NCBI GenBank assembly: GCA_001938485.1
Contig: MQRK01246687.1
Location: forward strand, 1 to 55,083
Direction of reading: 5' to 3'
Source of the DNA: Girardia tigrina
Taxonomy: Eukaryota
DNA: 55,083 bases
Both the position numbers and the translations under genes were made by a program. Below are positions 12,801 through 26,000 of the stretch, piece after piece. The notes below the pieces were generated by a model. It did no database searches, had not been told where the DNA came from, and was given only the letters and a program-made list of their open reading frames with translations. Within the stretch, counting starts at the first letter, position 1. Each line of letters begins with the position of its first letter.

Positions 12801-15800
12801 CAACACCAAGCGCGGAGAGAATAAATTTTCTGTACTTCACTCGCGACTTAGAAACCGCCTACGCAACTACACCTACTCTTTTACCACATTGGATGCGAAT
12901 AATATAAACATGTAGTTTGAATTTATAAACTTTCATGATAAATGTATTAATGCATGATTTTTGTTTAGTATTTCAAGTAGTTTTCTTTGTACGGTAGGAA
13001 CGTCCTCTGCACTTTTTGATTCTCTTATCGTATGTGTCAAGCAATGATAAACTTGAATGGAAGGGGTTTTGGTAAAACATTTTATAAGGAACCCTCTGAG
13101 TACAAGCAGACTTTACGTATGAAGTATATTGTTTTATTAAGGGTATTTATTAACACTTGTTATCTTAACTATGGACTTTGACTTAGAGTTTGTATGACAT
13201 TAATCGGTTTTATATTATAAATTTATTGAGATATATTGAATACGATTTTGCCTCCTGTCAGCCATACTTATTCCCATGATAATGTTAAATAAAATTTTTT
13301 GACAAAGTAATGCTTAAAAGAAGAATAAATGTGGTTCTCCAAATGTCCATTATTACAGTAGGAATAGTTTGATGGATGATCCAAAATTATTTTAACTGTA
13401 ATAAATGGATTTAAAAGACGATTTCTATTTTATCAAACATAAATTTGAGGAATTATTTAAATATTAATTGAATGAATTTCCTTAATTTTATAATTTTGCA
13501 AACTTAAAATTATATAAAGATAAATTTGTGTTATTGCAAAGGTTATTCAAGAAATATATAAATCCTTTCAGCTATTCTTAGTGTTCTCCTTTTTAATTTT
13601 TTTTACAAAATTTTGACTTTCTTCATTCTCTTTTCATAAAGAACAATCAGATTACTTTCATTTTTCTCTTCTTTTTATACATTTCTTTCTTTGTTCTTGA
13701 AAGAATTATTAATTTTAAGTAAAAGTAAAATAACATATTGTAAATAAAATAAATAACATAAATAAATAAAATTAATTTGATAATATAACATGATAAAAGT
13801 GCTGATTTATGAACGAAAGGGTTTAGAAATCCACTTAAAAGAACATACACTAACGCAAAGGTTTCTTAAGGTTGTAATGAGTATTTGTTGTGGAACATAG
13901 GTAACTGGTCTTTTGTTCTTTTCTTTGTTAAAATCCTCGAAGGAATTTCAATGTAAATTTCTAGATCTTTATAAGACAACTGTTTTATTTGAAGGTTTTG
14001 ATGAGCTATTTATTCTCCCTCAAATATAGAAATTTCAGTTGCCGTTCACATCGTACATGTTCCATATGTACTAAGTGATTTTTCGCAACTAGTCTACCTA
14101 ATTAAACCTTTCTCAAAAATCCTTCAAATTTACTCCGAATTCCTTTACAAAGGATCAAGTGCTCTAGTAAAACTTGCAGTCAAAAGATCGCCTTGATTCA
14201 TACGTTTGAAGTCAATTAGGGCTGTAAGGTCCAGGAAATGGAACAATTTACATGGTTGAAAATGACCTTTGATGATTTTAATACGACGCAGAGGTTTTAC
14301 ATTTTTGGTTTATCATATGATGCAAGTAAAATTAATAAATTCTCGTTATAAAAAAAACTTTAAATTTCATTACATAGTAAAAGAATGTGATAGTTGATTT
14401 CCTATCTATAATAAAATGTTTTTGAAAATATAAACAAGATAGTACGATTTGCTTAATCAAAACATATTATTAACAAAAAGATTTCTAAACACGACTCTTG
14501 AAAATTTGGGATAAGGATTAAATAATTGTTCATAGCATGACTCGCAATAAAGGTCCGGCAATCCAGTGTTTTTAGGAACAATCTGTGCAAATATCGCATA
14601 ATATTCATAGCCGCACTTGTACGTGATTTTCAAACTGCAAGAAACGTGTCTTTCAATGATGTCAAATGGCAATGATTTCCATAGACAAAATACCTTTATA
14701 TACCTTAACGTTAAGAGAGACAAAAGAATGAGATTATATATTCACCAGTAAGTGTAAATAAAATAACTTTCATTCTATAGACAAAATGAATTTATATCCT
14801 TTTAAAACTACCAATTTCCTTTCTTCTTATATTGTTAAGTAAATTCATGTTGTCGAAATTATATGGCTTCGCAAGAGATTTAACTTTAAGTATATTTATT
14901 TCCGTGCTATGGAAGACGAACTGTACCACAACAATGATGCATTCATTCTTTCACTATTTGGTGAGTGACATTTACTCAAGCCTCATTCAATAAAATATTG
15001 ATTAGAAGACATCCATGAGATCAAGCTTCACAAATGCAGGCATGATTTTTGTAAGTAGTGTTTATGCCACTTTCATTATTATCAGATTCCGTACTCATAA
15101 GTCAACACAAAATTTTTTATTAATGACAATAATTCACATATTTAAAGAAATTTCTTGTTAATTAAATTATTTCGCCAAAAATTAATCTATTAAATTTTCT
15201 TCCAATTAAATTTTTAAAATTTAATAAATTTTAAAACTTTAAATTAATAAAATATGTTATAAAATATTTTTTAATTGGAAAGTAAAAAAGTAAATAAATA
15301 CAAAAGTTTTAAATTAACTTATGATTGTAAACATGTTTTTAATTTTTAAAGAAGTATTTAATTTTTGATGGTTTTCTTTATTATATCATTTTTAATTTTA
15401 AACTTTTGTACTTATTTACTTTCAAAGTAAAAAATAATAAACTATTTTAGCAAATTTAAATTAACACCTCATAATTGTAAAATAACAGATCTATACACCT
15501 TAGTTGGTTGATAGATCTATCATTTTAACATGAATTATATTTCACTAAGTTAATCAAACCATATAGTTTGATGAGCCTTGTTAGATATGTATATTATTTA
15601 GAACTGATAATGGCATTTTTGATAATGCAAACAAAGGCCATTTTGAATATTAAATTTATTCACATTACATACGCGTTTCACCATTTCGGTGTCTTCAGTG
15701 CAATGAAATAAAGTGATTAATTACTATTTATATAATTAAAAAAATATTACATCATACGTCAAAAACATGCTTTTTTTCTCCTTATTTTTTTTTTTAAAGT

Positions 15801-18800
15801 ATTTCACTGATATTTAAAAAACTTAAATATGATTAGATGAATCCCCTTGCACGTTTAAGCATGGTTTATGATGCTTTATTAACAATGCTTCGGCAATAAT
15901 CATTTCATAATTTGTGTCAAAATTATTTAAAATCACTTTAAAATCTTTATTGTAATCTGTAGTGCCCTACTTACTGACACTGCATGACTATTTTGTTTGT
16001 ATGTCTTTTGGCCTTTGTGTTGCTTTCGTTTTTTTGTACAAAGCCTTGATTTTCTTTAAGTGGTGTTTGTATATAAGTTTTCTTGAAAGTGAGGTGTGTT
16101 GTGTTCGCGACCATATTTGTTTGTTTTTAGTTTTTGCCCATGTGAGCGAATTTTCGCCATAATCAAACAAAATCAACCAATTACAATTTTTAGATCAATA
16201 TACAAATCATCCGAAATGTATTGCTGTTAAAATAATATTTAAATATTATAAAACTGAACTTCAAGAAATTTATGCTTTAAATGGATTTTCTATGATAGCT
16301 CATAAAAATTATTTGACTGATGTTGTTGGACCAAGAAGTTCAGGAAAATCAACATTAATAAGAATACTCAGTGGGTTGATTCGACCGACACAAGGATATT
16401 TTATCGTTAATAAAATGAAAATTATATCGAAACATGATAAAATATTGTCTCAGAAAAACATCGAATCGTAAAAGGATTGAATTTCAAATACCGAACAATT
16501 TAAAGAATAAATAAAATGATGAATAAACACAATAGAAAACATCTGAAAATTGGATTTCATAACTGTCGAGATTAACTTGGATATTTTATAAATTATTTTC
16601 CCTATTAAAAACTACACAAATTCAATCCGATNNNNNNNNNNNNNNNNNNNNNNNNNNNNNNCCTATTAAAATTTAAATTGTATTATAAATAAATAATTAT
16701 ATGCAATTCAAAAAATCAATATATAAATTGATCTAGATCAGATATAAAAATAATAACATATTCTTGGACTTTTGTTATTTGGAATAAATTTATTATTATT
16801 CAAGGTGACTTTCTTTTGTTTTTATCTTTGTTTGTTTTTTTGACATTAAACTTTATTAACTGTTTTGCGTTAATTTATTTATTTATTTTTATTTATTTGC
16901 ATGTAAAATTTGCTATTTCGTAATTGTCGAAGTAGCAAATTTTACATAATCCATAAGATTACCTTTACATCTTTTAATATGGCTCAATATCGAACTATTT
17001 CTACTCGATTGAGTATGTTCAGCAATTCTAGTGCGGAGATGACGACTTGTCTCTCCAATGTACAAGGCTTCGCACTTGTGACATTTGAATTGATAAGCTA
17101 GATTTGCCTTAATACACAAAGGAATGGTGAAATGCGCATGTATTGTGAATAAATTTAATATTCAAAAATGGCCTTTATTTGCAATATATATATATATATA
17201 ACAAAAAATATTTTGTCATTTAAATTTTTTTTCATTTCATTGCTCATTAGAACAAGAAACACTAAATTTAATAAATACAAACAAACAATTTGTTGCAATA
17301 ATTAAATGGATCAAATAAATTTTATTTGTACATAATTTGCAATTTTCGAATTATACTTCTTCGACATTGAAAATGAATATTTTGTTTTAATTTATTCGCA
17401 TAAAAACGGAAAAACAACGGAGTTTAATTTGACAACTTGTGGTTCACAATTGGTTGATTTAATTTTTTTAATTACTTAATAAAGTTTAATTTTATTTCAA
17501 TTAAAATTAAACAATTTAAATAAATTGATATTATATTTTTCCATCACGTTTAAATAATTTTGAGGAAGAAATTTGAAATAAAAATCGTTCTCTCGAATCT
17601 ATTTTTTGTTTTAATTGTTAGAAACAATTGTTAGAAAATAAATTGAAAAAATGATTTTTATTTCTATTATATTATGTGAAATATAAAGATTTATTTGGCA
17701 TTGTAAAATATTTATAAATTATGAACGGAGATATCGAAATCGCTATTACAATTTGAGGTGTTTGTTTGATCATTAGAGTATGTTGGCTGAAGTCCGTTGA
17801 GTACGCAATTAATTGGCCTGGTTGACTTAAGGAAGTTAATAAATATATTATAAATGTTGCATTACCTCGTGAAGGTCAGACCAATCTATGTATTTACCAT
17901 TCGTGGCAGATATTAGGACTACGCCAATTATAAGAGCTGTAGAACATTAGGAATGTTGCAATGCAGCGATTGTATTACACAATACGACTTAACAAATAAA
18001 TTGCAAAAAAAAACATTGGAATGTAATCACTAGTTGGTGGCATATGTAATAAAAATGCTTTTAGAAGGTAAAGCTTACGATGTATGGCAAAATTTACGAA
18101 AATTGAGAAATAGTGATGTTAATGAGTTTTGATTAAAATATATCCGAAAATCGAGGCGGACATTTGATGATCTGATATAGAAACAGTGGAATGGCCAAGA
18201 GAGGGTTCAAAGTTTGTTGAGTGATATAAAGGTCTTGTGTTTGAAGTCTCATATTACAAACAAAAACACTCAGATTATTTAATTTCAGTTCATTTCCATC
18301 GAATGTGAAAGAAAAAATTCAAACTTTCATTAAATATATTCGAATGAAAATTTTATTTATGTATGAAATGTATTTTTGAAAGAGACCAAAATTGTAATTG
18401 TTTTGACGACCATGAATAGAAATAATGATAATCCATTTAGATTAGGAAAGGCTAAACCAGCAGGAATTTGTGAGAATCCCTTCGTCAAGAAATACTTCGT
18501 CAAGCCAAACTTGGTCATTGTGTAAGAAATTGAGGTTATTTACACTACTAAAAAGCAGAATTTAAAATTATGATGGGTTAGTTTAAATTTAAGTTTCGCC
18601 AAAATAGTTTATTATTTTATAATTGGAAAATTTAAAAGAAATAAATTAAAAAAATTAAAATGTAGAGTAAAAATATGATAAAATAAATACTTATTTAAAA
18701 TATGCTTACAGTAATAACAATTGATATATTTTGATAAAAGTTATGGAATAAGTGTTTAAATAAATTTTAAAATAAATAATTAACGGATTAATATTTTAAG

Positions 18801-20013
18801 AAATAATTTTTTTTAATAAAAGGGTTTATTGTAAATTTAAATTAATTAGTTTTTATGATAAAGTTTCGTAAAAATGTAAAATTATTTAAAATGTAAAATA
18901 AGGTTTAAATTTCGTAAAATTTCAAAATTTAATGAATTAATTTTGGGCGAAATTTGTTTAAATATGTGAATTGTTGATATTAATTGTGAGGGATATTTTA
19001 AATTTGGTATGTTGAAATTGGTTTGTTGAATTTTGTATGTTGAGTTTAGTATTTGGAAATGTGTTTCTCCCACCCAGATGGAAAATTGATATTTTGGATG
19101 TTCACGATAAATAATTATTCGAGTATAATTTACATTTTAAAGTACAGCATGAGATATTTAAAAAATTTAAAAATATTAAATCGTTTCAAATTTTCATATT
19201 AAAATTTAAATAAAGTAAATAACTTTTAACTAAGTTTTAAATTAAATAAATGTTCTTTCTTTACATAAAATAATTTTATAAATAAAATTAATATGTAGAT
19301 AAAATTATTATTAAATTTACAAAATTTGAACTTTAAAAATAAAATCTGAAAATAATGAAAAATTTGTTCGAATAATTGTTTATTAACAAACATTAACTAA
19401 AATTTATCAATTTAGAACGATGTCGAATGACGAGAGTTTTGCTGAGATTTGTCCAAAAGACAATTCTGATTGTAATGAAAATAAAAGTTTGAAAACCCAT
19501 GTTGGTGTTCTTAATATTAATAAAATTTTGTGGTGTTAAATTATGACTTCGGAATTTGATAATAATAAAAGTGGCATAAACGCTACTTACAAAACTATTT
19601 TATGATAATTTATTAGTTTACATGTTTTTTACAAAAATATTATAAAACATTTCCACAAATTATTCACTACAAAACGCAATGAAGTATCAAATTAATTCTC
19701 ATAAAACATCTTTTTTATGTGTAGCGGTTCTTTAGAATTTAAACAAACAAATGTTGTTTAATTTATTTTAAATTTTTTCAAGCGTAAAATTTATAAAATT
19801 TTAAAATAAATTTTTAATTAAAATGTAATTTCCTTAAATTATATTTTTAAACAAAAAAAATCAATTAATTTTCTTCTTTCCAGGGACAATGTCTATTTTT
19901 TGCCAAAAAACTTATACTGATCTCTAAGTCAGAGGTTTAACTGATCACCGCACTCCAATATTTACTCATCTAGAATCACAAACCTCGCCGCTCAATCCTG
20001 ACATAACTTATAT

Positions 20014-20060
<47 letters not shown>

Positions 20061-23000
20061 TTTAAAAATATAATGAATGAGATAAGAAGGTTTAATTTAT
20101 AATAAGTTCATTAAGATTTATAACCTTTCTGCATTGTACTTTTCTACAACCAACCCCTTAAACATGATCGACGAGTAAACCGCTCGGCAAGTTTAAAATT
20201 AAGATCTCGTTCTTGGCTGCTTACCTTTTATACGGTCTGGATAACTTTATCGCAATTTTTTCGAAGCATGTCAAAAAATATGAATTATATAAACAGCCGT
20301 GGTTGTACGACATTTATACCGACAACTCAACTATCTACGGTCATAAAATATAAAATGAACTAAAAGGCGCATCAAATTGATGTAGTCTTACTAGCGAGGA
20401 TTATTCAAGGTGATGATCGACCTGCCTTATTTATAAAAGATAAAAGACAATATTTATATCTGAAATCAGACCTCGTAAAATGATTATTAAAACTTTATTT
20501 TGGTAAAACATGTCTCACTAAAAACATGTTTTAGTAAAATATGTCTCATAATAAACACTTTTTGGCATTCAAGTGGAGCATATATTCAAACATACATTTT
20601 TTAATCATCATACAATATCACTCATTTCAAATTCAAATTCGGAATTCAAACTGCTGACATAGAAATATTTCCATTTTGAGAGCCCCACGATTTAATTTTA
20701 TTTATTTTATTTTAAGAAATAAATGTAGAAGAATTGATGATAAATATTCATGATGCGCTTTCCATAATTAACTGTTCAGATAGAGATATAACATCAATTA
20801 TATTTTCGTGGAAATGCAGTTGAGATTGGTTATATTCTCAAGTCATTGGAATTACATCAAACTCCACCAACATTACAACATTTGGTTAATATTAGTTAAT
20901 TCTTCTTAGGGTATATAAGATGGAAGGAAGTAACTTGGTACACAAACTTGAACAACATAAAAGAGAATCTAAAACAAAGTGTAAAAAACAGTGGCTTTTA
21001 TATTTTTTGCCATGTAACAAAGGCAGTGGACACAAAATATTACTTAGGACTTCAATACCTTAATGACTTTTGCGACAACTTTATACATTGACGTAAATAT
21101 AAACGACAGCAAATCTTACAAATTTACTACGTGAAATTTCAATGAACTTCGGCCTACCGATTGAGAATTTGTGATTGTCAAATAACAGATTTACCCGACT
21201 TGATTGACTGGTAAATCGGTTATTTTAACGTAATTTAGCTTTAAGAACACAATAAATCAATCAAATAATGAGCATTAAAGAGCAATAGAATATAATTAAA
21301 TTATCTAAACTCTAACAAACAGGTAGACGAGATAAATCTGTAGTAATCACACAGTTAGTGTAAATAAAAAACTATGTTACTTTATGCTCCAAAAGCCAAA
21401 TATCGGGAATTGTAATCAACATGATAATTCGTTACCGATCAGTTGTTAGACAGTTATAGAGTATATTTTGGAAAAGTGATTGGGTACCACTGTATTGTTG
21501 ATTGAAAATAATGGACGGAGCAAATTATAAGTATCACCGTGTGATTGATTGATAATAATGGATGGAGTAAATTATTGGAATCACCGTAGGGTTGATTAAA
21601 AATAATGGATGAGCCAAAACTTATTCCAGGATCCTTGAATGTAGCAACAGTTTAATTAGTCCAACATTAAATAATCGCCAGGAAAATAATGGTAATAGTC
21701 ATCAGTAAGTAATTAATTAGTTTTTGTCAATGAACTTTCTTTTATATTTTGATTGATTTCTTTTTTTATAGGCGACTGAGGGGGGGGGGGAATTTAACCG
21801 TCTTTTCTTGATTTTTTCTTTAAATAAATTTTTCTTCTTTCTTTTGTTAATCTCTTTGTAGACGCACTATCTACAAAAGTAATTCTTTATTGACATTAAA
21901 AAACCGATCACACAATCTCAGAAAATCTATAGAGATAGTACATGATAAACACAAAAAAAAGGATAGAACGAATTTTACATAAAATTCGAAAACGTATGAG
22001 AGTCATATAAAAATCTCCAGAATCAGGAGTATCACAGTGCTCAACACCGATCTTAGTACAATATTTGAGCATTTCTAGGTATCTAAATAGAGATTTTAAT
22101 TAAATTGTTTTTAATTTAATTTTTCGTTTACAATAAAAACCCGATTGATGGTGCGATTGTTTTGAGGGTTGTTTACATTTTGTTTTTTTCTGAAAAATTT
22201 TGCGAAAAAATTATTCTAATGAAAATTATTTGAATAAAGTAAATTGAAATATTAAAATATTTTTTAATTTAGCAATATTTCTGATAATTTTTACTTCCAT
22301 AAAATGATTTGCATTAATGCGATACATTCGCTAGTCGACATGCGCTGGTCGATATGCATCAACCAATTATCAAGTACAAAATTACACACACACACAAAAT
22401 GTCTGTTGCAATTTGCTTTTCAGTAAACGATAAAAACGTGGTAATAAAAATCCTTTTTTATAATATGATTATTAAACTTTAGTTTGTTTTACATATTAAG
22501 TTGGAATTTTATTATTTTATTTATTTATTAAACTCAATATTTAAAATAATATCTTCTGTAAAATTCAGTTTGATTTAAAATTTGCCGACAACCTTTCAAG
22601 AAATTTTATTACAAAATAAGCAAAATTTAATTATTTTTAAAGAGAATTGTTTTGGAAGTCATTACAGTAAAGAACGGATGGCAGAAAAGTATATGTAAAT
22701 AGTCAGAAAAATAGATTTATTTTCTTTTGTTAGATTTAAATTTAAAAAATTAATAAATAAAATTAGAATATTTTCTAAAATAATCAGAATTTACCCTGTT
22801 TAATTGATGCTTTTTTTCGTATAATTACATGTTTCCAAATCAATTGCTTTCAGCTTCTTTTGATATGAAAATATTAATAATCACAATTTATTATCAAAAT
22901 TAATTAACAATCACAAATATACAAAGACTTCTGCAGCGAACAGGAGTTACCACTGATTAGGGCGGACAAGGGGATTTCTTTTTCCATTTTTCTAGTCAAT

Positions 23001-26000
23001 ATATTATCATATGTTTCAAGTTTATGTTAAGCTCCAAACCCTGTAAACAAAACGTCAAATGATTGAATTACCTCTATTTTAATATAGTCACTCGACTAAA
23101 GGTTTGGTACACAGAGTCCTGAACTTAGCATTAACGTTTTGGTCATTTTATAATGAATTCAATTAACTTCATTATCAACTTTATAATAAAAATTATTTAA
23201 ATAAAATCTCAAAAAATACTGTTGACACTCATTTATTTAAAATCAAATCATAAGACAAAAAGACTTTTTGAAAATGAAATCGAAATTAAATAACTTTTAA
23301 TCTAAATTTACCGTACTCAAATAGAGCAAAAGAGTTTTTAGAACATTTTTAGAACATCAAATTCTTTTTGGCTTAAAATTGAGAACAATCTTTAATAAAT
23401 GTCGGAACTATTTTCCCAATATATCAAATATTTAAAAAACAAAAAATATTAGTCAAAATATATTGTTATTAATTTCGACGGATCAACCGTCATCATCAGA
23501 CTGAATTAACAATGATATACTCGCGTTTATATATCAAAGCAATGTTTATGTAATCATTATGTCATTTAAATCATGAAAATACTTTGAATAAAGTTGAAGA
23601 GGATGGTGTTTGGACATTGATTTTAGGATCAAAAGATTTGATCAACAATGCTTCACACATCACCCTCTCCCAGTAATTATCAAATTGTGAACACAAAATC
23701 TTAAAATTACTTACATCAACTTTACTATTCAAACAGTTCTTCTTATGTTGAGCAATATTGCTATCACTTTCCCTGCGATTATGTTCCTGAATCCGTTTAC
23801 AGAGATGACGACAAGTCTCTTCGATGTATATGGCGTCACACCCATTACATTTATATTGATAAACTACATTGGAACATAACCCAGTTGGAGTGATAGATTT
23901 ACTACTAAACAAACTTACTATCTTACATGATCTAGATACAATTTTTAAATGTTTTTTCATAATGTTTCAAAATAGAGTTTTTGAATTTCCTGAAACCCTC
24001 AGAGTAGGGAACAGTCAAAAAAAAACCAATATTATCATAATTATTATTTATCTGTTTTTGTTTTTGTCGCTATTTATTGTATTTGATTTTTCATTTTCCG
24101 ATTTAATTAATTTATCGACAGTTTCACGAGTTAATTTTTCAACTATCGATTTGGAATATTCATTTTTATGAAGTAAATTCATTAACTTATCAATACTTTC
24201 ATTACATTTAGCGTACGTAGACGAAAGTGTCCAAGATCTATAGATAAAACCTTTTATCATATTTCTTTTATATTTAGGTTCACAAAAACTGTTAGGGGTT
24301 GTATATAACCCTGTATCAGTTTTCTTTCTATAGATCCCAGTTTCAAAATGGTTGTTTTTCGCTCTTTCTATCAAAAGATCTAAGAATGGTAAAACATTAT
24401 TGTTTTCATATTCTACCGTGAATTTTTTATTTGAATGTAGGGAATTCATATAATTTAAGAAAGACTCAACTTGTTCTTTATTATCAAACAATAGAAAAAA
24501 TATCATCTACATAACGTTTATAAATTTTAGGTTTAAATCAAATATTCATTTATATATGAAATAAAATCTAGTTATTCAATTCACATACCACAAGAACGAA
24601 GCCTTGTACATTGGTGAGACAAATCGTCATATCTGTACAATAATTACTCAATCAAGTAGATAAAGTTCAATTTGGAGCCATATTAAAAATATTAAGGTTA
24701 TAATAATAATTTTGACATAAGTTATTAAAAGAATTATTCGCGAAACTTTCTCATCTTATACGATGCTAAAACATGCAAGTTTATTCATCCAATCATATTA
24801 ATGTTTTGTAATAAAAATACAGAGTGGAGTAAGTATAATTTTTTTTATTTTATGTTTATTAATTTCGAAAGATTAACCGTCATCATCAGAACATTATTTA
24901 AAAACACTCAATAAAGTTTTAGAGAGTTTAGATTGACGTTAATTTTAGGATCCAAAGATCTTATATTATAATACTTTACATTATCCTCTTGAGATATTAC
25001 GTCCCCCTTACAATGATTTCTATGTATTACAATGCTACTCATGTTTTCATTACGACTGTGTTCTTGGATTCCATTACTGAGATGTCTTTACTATAATTGT
25101 TGCGTTACAACATTTACATTTATTTTGATGAACGTGATCCGAACATAATCCTGATGGCGTGAAAGAATTATTTTAATTTTATATTAATTTTTATTTTAAG
25201 AGATTTTATTTTTAAATGTCATAAACTTTCTGAGTAAGAAACAGTTTAAACATATCTCATTTCCACATTTTTATTTTTTGGATTTTCAATATTGATCGTA
25301 ATCTTCAACACCTCTGCTTATTTTGTTGATTAATTTATCGATTATTTCTTTTGTTAGTTTTTTCCTACTATTGACGTTGAGTATCCATTATCATATACTA
25401 ATTTGTTAATGTATTTAGGCTGGCAATGCATACTTTTTTATGTAGATGACAGAGTTTATAAACGAAAAATAATACTTTTAATTATATTACGACGATATTT
25501 GGATACACAGAAAGTGTTCCGTTGTTGTTGTAGTGTTAGGTTTTTTTCTGTAAATGTCGGTATCATAACAACCATATTTGTTCTCAATTAATAAATCTAG
25601 AATAAACAATTTATTATCTTTTTACAATTTCATTGAGTTCTTTTAAATGATGTACTGATGACGTTTGATTGTGTATTAAGTAACAATTAATAACTATGAA
25701 AATAAAAACTTTTAATTTGCTTATTTCTTTTCATTTTACTCAGTTGCCATTTTTTAAATTTGAAAAAAAGCATTAAAATACTTTAAAGGCTATTTTGGTT
25801 TAATAATTTTTAATTATAATTATTAACAACATCAATATGAGTTTTACAACATTTATTAATACCACAAGCGCATTCACTATTTGACATTTTTCTTGATAAA
25901 TATATTTCTGAGTTCAAACTAATTATTTTCAATAAATGAAAATCTGTTAATAAAAATTATTAATTATAAAGAATCTAATTAGTTAAAATTAAATCTAAAC

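Noticed and set aside
14457-14723. LIM domain (YCESCYEQLF)
   Set aside because: The upstream LIM Cys/His spacing is absent; a frameshifted laminin-EGF reading fits more residues.
21486-21620. CRISPR-like array
   Set aside because: Eukaryotic context, the units are homologous along their whole length (no unique spacers), and there are no cas genes.
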